From Candidatus Heimdallarchaeota archaeon (GTDB taxonomy: Archaea > Asgardarchaeota > Heimdallarchaeia > Hodarchaeales > Hodarchaeaceae): a DNA stretch of 24,000 nt. The stretch covers positions 46,105 through 70,104 of the forward strand of contig DXJL01000156.1 of NCBI GenBank assembly GCA_019057635.1, given 5' to 3'. Position 1 is the first letter of the stretch, and every line of letters starts with the position of its first letter. The notes under the pieces were generated by a model that was given only the letters and a program-made list of their open reading frames with translations, ran no database searches and was not told the DNA's origin. Position numbers and translations under genes: made by a program. This document shows positions 1 to 8,400 of the stretch, one piece after another.

Positions 1-1827
1 GTACTTCGTCATCGTCAGTTCAATATGGATGTTCTCATCTTTATTGGGACTAATGCGGCATTTTGGTATTCCGTTGTATCATTGTTTATCCTAAAGGGCG
101 AAGTTTTCTTTGAAACAGCAGCATTCTTGATCACATTTCTGCTCTTAGGGAAATTTTTAGAGGCTCGTGCAAAAGGTCAGACCTCACAGGCTATTCGGAA
201 ATTAATTGATCTGCAAGCGAAAGAAGCAACCGTATTGGTGGAGGGTCAAGAGACAAAAATTCCTATTGAAGATGTAACTGTAGGTATGGTAGTACTGGTT
301 CGTCCAGGTGAGAAAATACCAGTTGATGGTTCCATCCTTGAAGGAAAATCTACAGTTGATGAATCAATGATCACTGGAGAATCTATGCCTGTTAAAAAAT
401 CTGTAGGTGACAAAGTCTTAGGTGCGACAATTAATAATAATGGCCTTTTGAAAGTACAGACAAGTAAAATTGGTGCGGATTCAGCGTTAGCTCAAATTGT
501 TAAACTAGTTGAGGATGCGCAAGCATCTAAAGCTCCAATTCAGCGACTTGCGGATATTGTCTCTGGCAGATTTGTCCCATCTGTAATATTAATCTCCCTA
601 ATTACCTTTTTAATATGGTTTAGTCTCTTTACATTTGGTATTCTACCTACATCACTGATTACTGATCTGAATATGAGCCCCTTTGTCTTTTCTTTAAAAT
701 TAATGATAGCAGTGCTAGTGATTGCCTGTCCTTGCGCTTTAGGATTAGCTACTCCAACTGCAATTATGGTTGGTACAGGAAAGGGGGCTGAGAAAGGAAT
801 TTTGATTAAAAATGCCGAATCATTAGAGGCTGCACAAAAAATCGACGCTTTAATATTTGATAAGACTGGCACCTTAACTAAAGGGAAACCTCGTGTAACA
901 GATATAACTGTATTAAAAAAAGACTTGACTGAAGACGATGTATTAAAGTGGGTCGCCTCTGCCGAACGAGGTTCCGAGCATCCATTAGCTCAGGCAATTT
1001 TAGAAACAGCTACTGAAAGAAAAATTTCATTATGGGAGCCTAAAGATTTTGAAGCAATTCCAGGTAAAGGAGTTCGTGTACGTGTCGATGGTACGATTGT
1101 CACTGTAGGCAATAGAAAATTGCATGAAGTAGATGGTTTAATTACAGATTCTATAGAAGCTCTAATGCAAAAATTGGAGAGCCAGGCAAAGACAGTAGTA
1201 TTGATTTCTCTAAACAAAGAGCTGATAGGCCTTTTGGGAATTTCAGATCCAATCAAAGAAACGAGTAAAATCACTATTCAACTTCTTAAGGAGATGGGAA
1301 TTCAAACTTACATGGTTACTGGCGATAATAATCGTACAGCTGAAGCTATTGCAAGGGAGTTAGGTATTATTGAAGTATTTGCAGAAGTTCTTCCTCAAAA
1401 TAAGGCTCAGATAGTTAAAAATTTACAACAAGAAGGTAAATTCGTGGGTATGGTGGGTGATGGGATTAATGACGCTCCTGCTTTAGCACAGGCTGATGTA
1501 GGGTTTGCGATAGGAAGTGGTACCGACATTGCTATTGAAACTGGAGATATTGTCCTTATTAAGGAAGATCTTCGGGATGTAGTAGCAAGTATTCAATTAA
1601 GTAGTAAAACTCTTTCAAAAATAAAGCAGAATCTCTTCTGGGCATTTATTTATAATGTTCTCGGCATTCCCTTAGCAGCAGGTGTTTTATTCCTTCCATT
1701 CGGCGTATTACTCGTTCCTGAGATAGCTGCTGCAGCAATGGCCTTCAGCTCGGTATCTGTAGTTTCAAATAGCCTCTTACTCCGATATTACTCTCCTAGT
1801 GCTCAGAATACTAAGATCCTCGCCTAG
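1..1827 (+). CDS. copA: Cu(I)/Ag(I)-translocating P1B-type ATPase, 5' end cut by the window edge
   Basis: Frame 1 is open from nt 1 (VLRHRQFN precedes the listed Met at 25). TM6 CPC motif is at 727-735 and the phosphorylation site DKTGT at 859-873. Other motifs: hinge [12 protein letters not shown]-type actuator motif (ITGESMP), and the TM7/TM8 P1B-1 signatures YN(VLGIP) and MAFSSVS (MxxSS). Confidence 0.93.
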   Translation, partial: VLRHRQFNMDVLIFIGTNAAFWYSVVSLFILKGEVFFETAAFLITFLLLGKFLEARAKGQTSQAIRKLIDLQAKEATVLVEGQETKIPIEDVTVGMVVLVRPGEKIPVDGSILEGKSTVDESMITGESMPVKKSVGDKVLGATINNNGLLKVQTSKIGADSALAQIVKLVEDAQASKAPIQRLADIVSGRFVPSVILISLITFLIWFSLFTFGILPTSLITDLNMSPFVFSLKLMIAVLVIACPCALGLATPTAIMVGTGKGAEKGILIKNAESLEAAQKIDALIFDKTGTLTKGKPRVTDITVLKKDLTEDDVLKWVASAERGSEHPLAQAILETATERKISLWEPKDFEAIPGKGVRVRVDGTIVTVGNRKLHEVDGLITDSIEALMQKLESQAKTVVLISLNKELIGLLGISDPIKETSKITIQLLKEMGIQTYMVTGDNNRTAEAIARELGIIEVFAEVLPQNKAQIVKNLQQEGKFVGMVGDGINDAPALAQADVGFAIGSGTDIAIETGDIVLIKEDLRDVVASIQLSSKTLSKIKQNLFWAFIYNVLGIPLAAGVLFLPFGVLLVPEIAAAAMAFSSVSVVSNSLLLRYYSPSAQNTKILA

Positions 1828-1879
1828 GACATTAATTCTAATTTCTTTTCTTTCGACCAAATTCCTCAATCTGAGTAAA

Positions 1880-1908
1880 TTTCTCTAATTTTTCTGAAAT
1901 TAGAGAAA
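1880..1908 (+). terminator. Perfect 12-bp stem / 5-nt loop hairpin about 50 nt downstream of the copA stop
   Basis: tttctctaattt (1880-1891) and aaattagagaaa (1897-1908) are exact reverse complements, with loop ttctg. The hairpin is AT-only and weak, and sits in T-rich context. A terminator role is inferred. Confidence 0.35.
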
Positions 1909-2046
1909 GACGATAGAAATTTAAACACCTAAGTCATAAAAACAACTACTTGAAAGGAGTGTGGAAAGTACCTTTCACTAGAACTTACTTCCATTCATCC
2001 TCAAATCTAAACAAAAAACTACTTCTCCAATGCTTCGGAAACAGGG

Positions 2047-3066
2047 ATGAGTTGTCAAATGTACGAGTTGGCGCCAATTCGCAAATTATCTGAGGTAGAT
2101 TATGCTCGAGCTGATACATTTGGCGATAGAGCATGTTCCCTCTCACGCTTAATGGCACGAGGGTATCACGTTCCTAAGGGTATTGTAATATCTACAAAGG
2201 TTTTCAAACGATATCTTAATACCGCTCCAGGGACGAAACGAATTGATCAGTTAATTGAGCAAGTTTCCCCTGCAACGATTAACGAAACTGCGCAAGAAAT
2301 TCAGGATTTAATTAATTTTAGTCCTGTCCCAATGCAGATGGCAAATCAAATAGCTAATGCAATAACTTCACTTTTAGAAAATTCTCCTTCTCAGGCATTA
2401 ATTGTTCGGACTTCGGCTAATGTAGAAGGGTCATCGCGACATGTTTGTTCTGGAAGGGGAGTACATTTCAATATGAATGATATCAGCCAAATTATTCGTG
2501 TCGTAAAGAATTGTTGGGCATCAGCGTATACAGCTGATGTACTGAAAGATTTGATAAATGTGGGTCTTGCCCCTGATAGCGTTTGGGTGGCTGTTATTGT
2601 CGAAAAAATGGTGCAGGCTAATATCAGTGGGATAATGTATATCGAAAAAGGTAATAAGGAAGAGAAAATCCACATTGAAGCCAATTGGGGAGCTCAAGTT
2701 CACCATTCTGAGGATGGAATTTTCCCTGACCATGTCATCATAGATCCATCCGAGACAAAAATTGGAGAACCTATCGAAACATTTAATGCGTACAAAGGAA
2801 AAATTTTTCAAATATCTCCCGAAAATCATCAATTGGAAATTATCGAAAACGATCCAGCGAAAAGAAATGTACTTTCGCTAGATCAAGCAAAAATTTCAAC
2901 TCTAGCTCAATTAGCTAAAAAAATTCATGATGATTTTGAGGTAGGCTATATGATTGAGTTTGTATTTGATGAAACTGACACCTTGTGGTTATTGGACGCT
3001 GTACCACTTTCGGTCCATAAGAATCTCCACAAAATAGGTCAATCCTCGGTGGTTAAAACGACCTAG
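2047..3066 (+). CDS. Stand-alone PEP/pyruvate-binding (PPDK_N, ATP-grasp) domain protein
   Basis: 339 aa. The N-terminus (TFGDRACSLSRLMARGYHVPKGIVISTKVFKRYL) follows the canonical vGgKaanLgeL..G.pVP.GfvittdaY..fl pattern of PEP synthase / pyruvate phosphate dikinase N-terminal domains. VRTSANVEG resembles the vRSSa..ED block. No phosphohistidine swivel or PEP-utilising TIM domain follows. Confidence 0.7.
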   Translation: MSCQMYELAPIRKLSEVDYARADTFGDRACSLSRLMARGYHVPKGIVISTKVFKRYLNTAPGTKRIDQLIEQVSPATINETAQEIQDLINFSPVPMQMANQIANAITSLLENSPSQALIVRTSANVEGSSRHVCSGRGVHFNMNDISQIIRVVKNCWASAYTADVLKDLINVGLAPDSVWVAVIVEKMVQANISGIMYIEKGNKEEKIHIEANWGAQVHHSEDGIFPDHVIIDPSETKIGEPIETFNAYKGKIFQISPENHQLEIIENDPAKRNVLSLDQAKISTLAQLAKKIHDDFEVGYMIEFVFDETDTLWLLDAVPLSVHKNLHKIGQSSVVKTT

Positions 3067-3078
3067 AATTAATTATCA

Positions 3079-4269
3079 TTATTCAAAGAACAAAAGCTCT
3101 AATGTTTCTTTCATAGGGGAGGAAAGACGGTAGTAAACTTCTCTACCTTCCTTGAAATAGGAAATGATTCCCGCTTTCAAAAGGGTCTGACATTGATACG
3201 TTAAGGAAGAATCTTTAATTCCTGACCTCTCCTGGAGCTCTGATCGCTGAATTGAACCCTCTAAATAATCAAGAAAGATCATCTCCTCTAAAATTTCCTT
3301 CTTAGGAAGTGCGTTCTTTTTTATACGAGTTAAAGAACGGGTAAATGATGGAGAAATGGCTTTTAATGGATCTATTATAGGCCAGAACTCTCCTCCAGAT
3401 TCATCTTTTTCTTCTTGAACGATTCGAGCATTATTATCGATAATGAGTCTTAGAGCTTTCTCGAAACTCAATCTGGATACTACACTTTGAAAATCATCGA
3501 GAGTAATTTTTTGGACCTTGTTTCGATCAATAACTTTGAGGGGGATATTTCTAATTATCCAAAGAGCAAGTCCTGGAAGACCCAATGATAGAATACCTGC
3601 ATAGCGCAATATATTCATAGGTAGGAATTGTGTACTTTCAAGGAAATCCATCCTTTCCTTTAATATTTGGACGATTTCGGTATGACTAGGCTTTTTATAA
3701 TGGAAGAAGAGTGGTTTATGGTCAAATAATACTAACTCCTCACTTTTTGACCGTCTTCTTAACCAATGATCTTCAATTGAATTTAATAATGTCACAATAA
3801 CTATTTTATCATGGCTAGAGCGTCGGAGAAGATCCTGGAAGGAAGTAAATGATAAATCATCCCAAATTGGAAAGATATCATCCAAGAAGAATATCTGCGT
3901 CGAGGAAAAATCTGTCTCTTCCCACCACTCCCAAAATTTATGATCGTACTGAACATAACGAGAATAGTTAGGACCGACGATACTATTAATTTCCTGCGAA
4001 ATAAAACGTGCAGCAGAAGATTTTCCGATTCTTCGTGGCCCCAAAAGTGTTAAGGAAAGGATTTCATTTGGTAAAGGCGTAGCATTTACCATTTGTCCAA
4101 GTAAATGGCTTAATCTCTGAATTTCAGAAGTATTGATATAACACTGAGGAAAAGAAATAGGGAAGTCATCCTGAAAAACATTATTAAGCATCTGACTAAA
4201 ATTTAATTGCTCACGCCAATGCCGCGAGTGTTTTTTACCTTCTAGAAATAATTTTCCAGGAGAATCCAA
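3079..4269 (-). CDS. P-loop ATPase of the archaeal ATPase (PF01637-like) type with a C-terminal winged-helix domain
   Basis: 396 aa. Walker A is LLGPRRIGKSSA, matching the GPRR.GK[ST] signature typical of 'Arch_ATPase'. Walker B-like is QIFFLDDIF. The C-terminal segment SELQERSGIKDSSLTYQCQTLLKAGIISYFKEGREVYYRLS reads as an ArsR/MarR-type wHTH. Confidence 0.65.
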   Translation of the reverse strand: MDSPGKLFLEGKKHSRHWREQLNFSQMLNNVFQDDFPISFPQCYINTSEIQRLSHLLGQMVNATPLPNEILSLTLLGPRRIGKSSAARFISQEINSIVGPNYSRYVQYDHKFWEWWEETDFSSTQIFFLDDIFPIWDDLSFTSFQDLLRRSSHDKIVIVTLLNSIEDHWLRRRSKSEELVLFDHKPLFFHYKKPSHTEIVQILKERMDFLESTQFLPMNILRYAGILSLGLPGLALWIIRNIPLKVIDRNKVQKITLDDFQSVVSRLSFEKALRLIIDNNARIVQEEKDESGGEFWPIIDPLKAISPSFTRSLTRIKKNALPKKEILEEMIFLDYLEGSIQRSELQERSGIKDSSLTYQCQTLLKAGIISYFKEGREVYYRLSSPMKETLELLFFE

Positions 4270-4744
4270 CTAAGAAGCCTCTAGTGATGTAATATATATT
4301 CGAACTATTTAAATTATTTGAATTTTCTTTGTATATTAGAAAAACCGACTTAAAATAGAAATATCTATTTAATTATTATGTTAATATTTATTTTACATCT
4401 ACCGCACTTTATGAGAATCATGTCCTCAATATCCTAATTTATTATGATGATTGCACATTTCATTTGATTTAGTCCAGCTATAGTGTTATTCATTCATTTC
4501 TTAATCCGAAATCTCATTTTACAGTCCTCTTACCAAATATAGTCTTATTCAACGAATATTGACAACAAATGGAGTAGCTGGAATTATCTAGGTAGGTAAA
4601 AGATAAGGTTATCGTTGGAAAAATGATTTTAGATCTTTTAACACTTATGTGGGGTCTTGACAATAGCAATAACTGATAAAAATAAGAAAAGATTTACATC
4701 TAGATGGAATTTGTTTTTTCTAAACCATTTGTGAGTGATGTATA

Positions 4745-5926
4745 ATGGTAGCCCTATTGCTTGAAAGTGTGAATAAGGGTAGAAAATCTATTAAGGCCTT
4801 TTTACACGATTTAGGGTCTCTGAAATACATATTCTTTTTTCTAATTTCTCTCCACTTAGTTTTGGGGGTATTCTTCCTTCCATTATTCTCGAGTGATTTT
4901 GAAAGGAACCTTTTTTATGGGGAAGCCTTTTGGAAACATGGTTTTCAGGTTTATGATATGACGCCACTCGAGATCGATCCTAATTACTCGATTGGTGATC
5001 CCACCTCGGGGATTCTATCATATCCAAATACAACTTTTGATTATCCAACTCTCCAGTTATTATTTTGGGTTGGAATTGCGGCCCTGCCCTTTCCTCAAAT
5101 CACAGCGAAATGGATTTTGTCAATCTTTGATATATTTAATACGATCTTGATTTTTGAGCTATTGAAGCGGTTTTCGCCTAATGAAAATGGTAGTGAGAAA
5201 TCTGAATTATTTGAAAAAGGATTTACTCTCTCCTATCTCTTATTTGCTATTCCCTTCTCTGCTATTGAAGGACAATCTACTTCTATTACCATTTTTTTCT
5301 TTTTAATTTCGATAGCATTGTATTCTCGTAATAATCAAGCGAGTTATTTGGCCGTTGGCCTTGGTTTCCACTGGAAATATGTAACATTGCTTATTCTTCC
5401 GTATTTACTTGTGAAGGATATCGGTTCGGTGAAAAAAATGTTGAGTGGCCTTGGTTATCTTGTTGGTTGTTTAATTTTATTGTCCTTCCCACTATTCTTT
5501 TCCCAGTTTATATTGTCATACTTTAGTTTTTTTGGGAACTTATCTCTATACTCTGGGCAAATCCCCTCTAATCCTTTGTTGATATCGAAATTGTATATAT
5601 CATCGATTCTATCAACTGGAATGCTACTATTGGGTATTTTTATTTGGTTAAAACCAGTTTTAGAAAATAGAAAGATCTCATTCGATATCCAAGGAATAAT
5701 AGGTAGGGGATATTGGATTCCTTTACTCTTACTCCTTTTATTCTTAAAAATATATGCAACAGCATTTCCTTGGTACTGGATGTGGTTTTATGCGTTAATT
5801 GTCATTTTTCCAAGGAAAGACCGACGCTTATTTACTAAATTATTCGCGATTACGTTCGCGTTTGGTTTAGTCGACTTTGTAGATATGACTGTGGGGTTTG
5901 AGACTTTTTTCGGTTTTTTTTCTTAA
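4745..5926 (+). CDS. Polytopic integral membrane protein, possibly a GT-C-type glycosyltransferase (DUF2029/ArnT-like)
   Basis: 393 aa with about 10 hydrophobic segments. A first-loop acidic/aromatic region (SSDFERNLFYGEAFW...YDM) is reminiscent of GT-C enzymes. The functional assignment is weak. Confidence 0.55.
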   Translation: MVALLLESVNKGRKSIKAFLHDLGSLKYIFFFLISLHLVLGVFFLPLFSSDFERNLFYGEAFWKHGFQVYDMTPLEIDPNYSIGDPTSGILSYPNTTFDYPTLQLLFWVGIAALPFPQITAKWILSIFDIFNTILIFELLKRFSPNENGSEKSELFEKGFTLSYLLFAIPFSAIEGQSTSITIFFFLISIALYSRNNQASYLAVGLGFHWKYVTLLILPYLLVKDIGSVKKMLSGLGYLVGCLILLSFPLFFSQFILSYFSFFGNLSLYSGQIPSNPLLISKLYISSILSTGMLLLGIFIWLKPVLENRKISFDIQGIIGRGYWIPLLLLLLFLKIYATAFPWYWMWFYALIVIFPRKDRRLFTKLFAITFAFGLVDFVDMTVGFETFFGFFS

Positions 5927-5961
5927 GTATGTAAACCTAGAGATCCTCTTACCTATTATTA

Positions 5962-7332
5962 CTACTGTCCAAGATACAGGCTACGTCCACGCGAGGGGAG
6001 TATCAACGGAATGTCAACAATATCTTTATACTTTTCTGGATGTTCACTATGAATAGGGATTAAGATTTCTGGGGCAATTTCTTCAACGATATGCTTTAAA
6101 TCCTTGCGAGGGGCATGCCCTGAAGCATGAAATTGATGGAAATCAAGCTTAAAAGCTTCAACCCATTCCATCATTCGTTTATAGTCAATTAATCCCTCTT
6201 CAGAGAAAGGATCTCCATGTGAATAGAAATAAGTAGCTGATTTTGGTTTAATATCAATTAAATCCGTTAGGTTCCAAAAATCACAATGGAAAATATATTC
6301 TTCTTGAGCAAAATTAGGATTATCAATAATTGTGATGGAAGGATCGTTAATAATTTCCTGTTCCCAGCGATAGTATCGTCCTTTTGGTCGTTGATAAACC
6401 TCGATATTAGGGTCTTCAAAGGATGGGATATCCAAATGTACATCTTTTTGCAATAATTTCAGCAAGTGTGCCTGTTTCAAATTAATCATGAGTTTTCGTG
6501 AGTTTTTTGTGGCAGCAAAATAGAAACTTCTAAACCTGTCTATGTCTCTTAAAGTGTAATTTGCAATTGCCAAACCTTCGGTCATTTGAATAGTTTCTGA
6601 TACATCTTGTTGTACCTGTGGCTCATTTAATTCAAAATCCTCATCAACATTGGTACCTTCCATTAATAAGATCTTTACCCCTTTCTTCTTAGCGATATTA
6701 ATGAAGTCAGTTGTAAGATCTTTTCGCCATCCATGTAATCTCACATCACCTGAATAACCTATCACTAAATCTTCTTTACGATCTTCAATTATAAAACCAT
6801 AAGCTCCTGGGATAGAATGATCTACATGTACTGGGGTAATGGTTAATCCCGAAATCTGGATTGTATCTCCAGTACGAAATGTTCGCACATTAGATGAAGT
6901 ATTATCAGACGGGGGTCGAATAAACGGTCTTCCAAATCTAGGTCGTGAGGTTTCCTGTACAGAGGTTAGTATAGTTTTTGCAGTTTCCCCCATATAGACA
7001 GGAATATCTTCTGATAGGAGATGAATGTTGCCGTAGTGATCCATATGAGCATGTGATAAGAAACAACCATGAATGTTCTTAATATCTCCCGGAAAACTTA
7101 CATTGAAGTCATCGGAGTATAATCCATTCATTTTAGGCAAAATATTAAATTCCAGGAAATCGGTTAACCCTTGGCTTGTACGTGGTTGTAAATATCCTGC
7201 GTAATAAATCCCTTCATTTTTAAAAGAACGACCAAAATCTAAAAGGATACTGGCATTTTCTTCCTCAAGAAGGAAACAATTACCCCCAATTTCATCAATA
7301 CCACCATACGGTGTTAGTTTCATATTATTCAT
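5962..7332 (-). CDS. Metallo-beta-lactamase / beta-CASP ribonuclease, archaeal RNase J-like
   Basis: 456 aa. MBL motif 2 is LSHAHMDHYG (HxHxDH), motif 3 is VHVDHSIPGAYG and motif 4 is YSGDVR. beta-CASP motif B is FHASGHA and motif C is IPIHSEH. Length and order match archaeal RNase J. Confidence 0.8.
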   Translation of the reverse strand: MNNMKLTPYGGIDEIGGNCFLLEEENASILLDFGRSFKNEGIYYAGYLQPRTSQGLTDFLEFNILPKMNGLYSDDFNVSFPGDIKNIHGCFLSHAHMDHYGNIHLLSEDIPVYMGETAKTILTSVQETSRPRFGRPFIRPPSDNTSSNVRTFRTGDTIQISGLTITPVHVDHSIPGAYGFIIEDRKEDLVIGYSGDVRLHGWRKDLTTDFINIAKKKGVKILLMEGTNVDEDFELNEPQVQQDVSETIQMTEGLAIANYTLRDIDRFRSFYFAATKNSRKLMINLKQAHLLKLLQKDVHLDIPSFEDPNIEVYQRPKGRYYRWEQEIINDPSITIIDNPNFAQEEYIFHCDFWNLTDLIDIKPKSATYFYSHGDPFSEEGLIDYKRMMEWVEAFKLDFHQFHASGHAPRKDLKHIVEEIAPEILIPIHSEHPEKYKDIVDIPLILPSRGRSLYLGQ

Positions 7333-7356
7333 TCCTAGTTTTTCTTGTTGCTTTTC

Positions 7357-8172
7357 TTACTTCCGTTTCTTCAATATTAAAGCATAATGGTGATGGATAT
7401 TGGAAACAAAACTATATGGATAGCCATACGGTCTCAAATTTTTCTGATTTTGTAACCAAATTCGTTCTCCCAAAAAGGAATACCATTTTGTTAGACGTAG
7501 GGGGAGTTCGAAGGCGAGAGGTATCATTTCTCCCTTATCCCTGACATTTTGGATAAATACAATTAGATGGGCTTGGGGAAGTAATAGTTCATGAATTTTA
7601 GTGAATATATCTACCAATTCATTTAGGAACTCTTCTTTTTCTTCTATCATTCCTAAATCAAGAGGATTTTGCCCATATTGGAGGTCGAGACCTTTTTCTA
7701 AGCGTTCTTGTTGATTATAATCTTTTTTTTTCTTTAATATTCGCCAATATGGAGGAGAGGTGATGCAAAGAGAAAAAGATTGTTTTTCTAAAGTGGGTAG
7801 AAGTATTCGGACATCACCTTCAAGAACAGGGAACTTTGTTCTAGATTTTGCAGTTTTAAAATACTTAGGATAAAGTTCTATACCGATACCCTTTCTTGCT
7901 GTGTTTTCACAGGCAACTAAAGTCGACCCTGTCCCCAAAAATGGATCTAGTACTATTTCACCAGGTTTCGTGAAAAATTCGATGAATTCTTCTATCATAG
8001 AGGGAGGAAATGACGCAGGATGTAAATCAATCTCATGTGAAATGTCACTTGGTCTACCATCGGCTATAAACCAAGATTTTGTAAAACGAATCCACTCTTT
8101 CCCCGAGAGTGCGTTTAGCTTATTCCGAGGATCAATCTTTCCTGAATCTTTCATCACTATCCACTCTCTCAA
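7357..8172 (-). CDS. DNA (N4-C or N6-A) methyltransferase with PF01555-type signatures and motif I upstream of motif IV
   Basis: 271 aa. HPASFPPSMIEEFIEFFTKPGEIVLDPFLGTGSTLVACENTARKGIGIELYPKYF matches the HP..kP..L.erli...t.pgd.VLDPF.GsGtT...A..lgR..iGiEi block. The catalytic-loop motif CITSPPYW lies about 60 aa downstream. The listed start is TTG (8172); the first in-frame ATG is at 8154. Confidence 0.8.
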   Translation of the reverse strand: MREWIVMKDSGKIDPRNKLNALSGKEWIRFTKSWFIADGRPSDISHEIDLHPASFPPSMIEEFIEFFTKPGEIVLDPFLGTGSTLVACENTARKGIGIELYPKYFKTAKSRTKFPVLEGDVRILLPTLEKQSFSLCITSPPYWRILKKKKDYNQQERLEKGLDLQYGQNPLDLGMIEEKEEFLNELVDIFTKIHELLLPQAHLIVFIQNVRDKGEMIPLAFELPLRLTKWYSFLGERIWLQNQKNLRPYGYPYSFVSNIHHHYALILKKRK

Positions 8173-8400
8173 TCCATTTTTCTAAGTTAAAAATATATAA
8201 TAAAAAGGTACGGTGAGGAATCATGACTAAAATTGTCAGACAACTCTTGAAAACGAGTTCTGGACAGGATGAGTCACACATCCGCTATCCGGCAGGTTAG
8301 TAACACTAGAATGGATACTATCCGTTGGGACTACTTGGGAGTCTGTAGGATAACGTTGAAGAATATTCCGAGCCGCGTTATAATCGGCATTCAGATGAAC
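8173..8400 (-). ncRNA. Predicted omega-RNA (reRNA) region of the tnpB element
   Basis: Placed by analogy only. In IS200/IS605 elements the guide RNA scaffold overlaps the 3' end of tnpB and ends at the right end of the element. No structure was verified here. Confidence 0.25.

Noticed and set aside
540-1274. Minus-strand ORFs 540-872 and 990-1274 inside copA
   Set aside because: They are fully antisense to a motif-rich P-type ATPase frame, and their low-complexity translations carry no motifs. These are shadow ORFs.
2391-2832. Minus-strand ORFs 2391-2684 and 2521-2832
   Set aside because: They are antisense to the PPDK_N-domain ORF, overlap each other and have no recognisable features.
7311-7544. 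+ strand 77-aa ORF spanning the RNase J start and the methylase end
   Set aside because: It overlaps two well-supported minus-strand genes, and its translation is low-complexity.
7901-8185. + strand 94-aa ORF
   Set aside because: It is antisense to the methylase motif I region. This is a shadow ORF.
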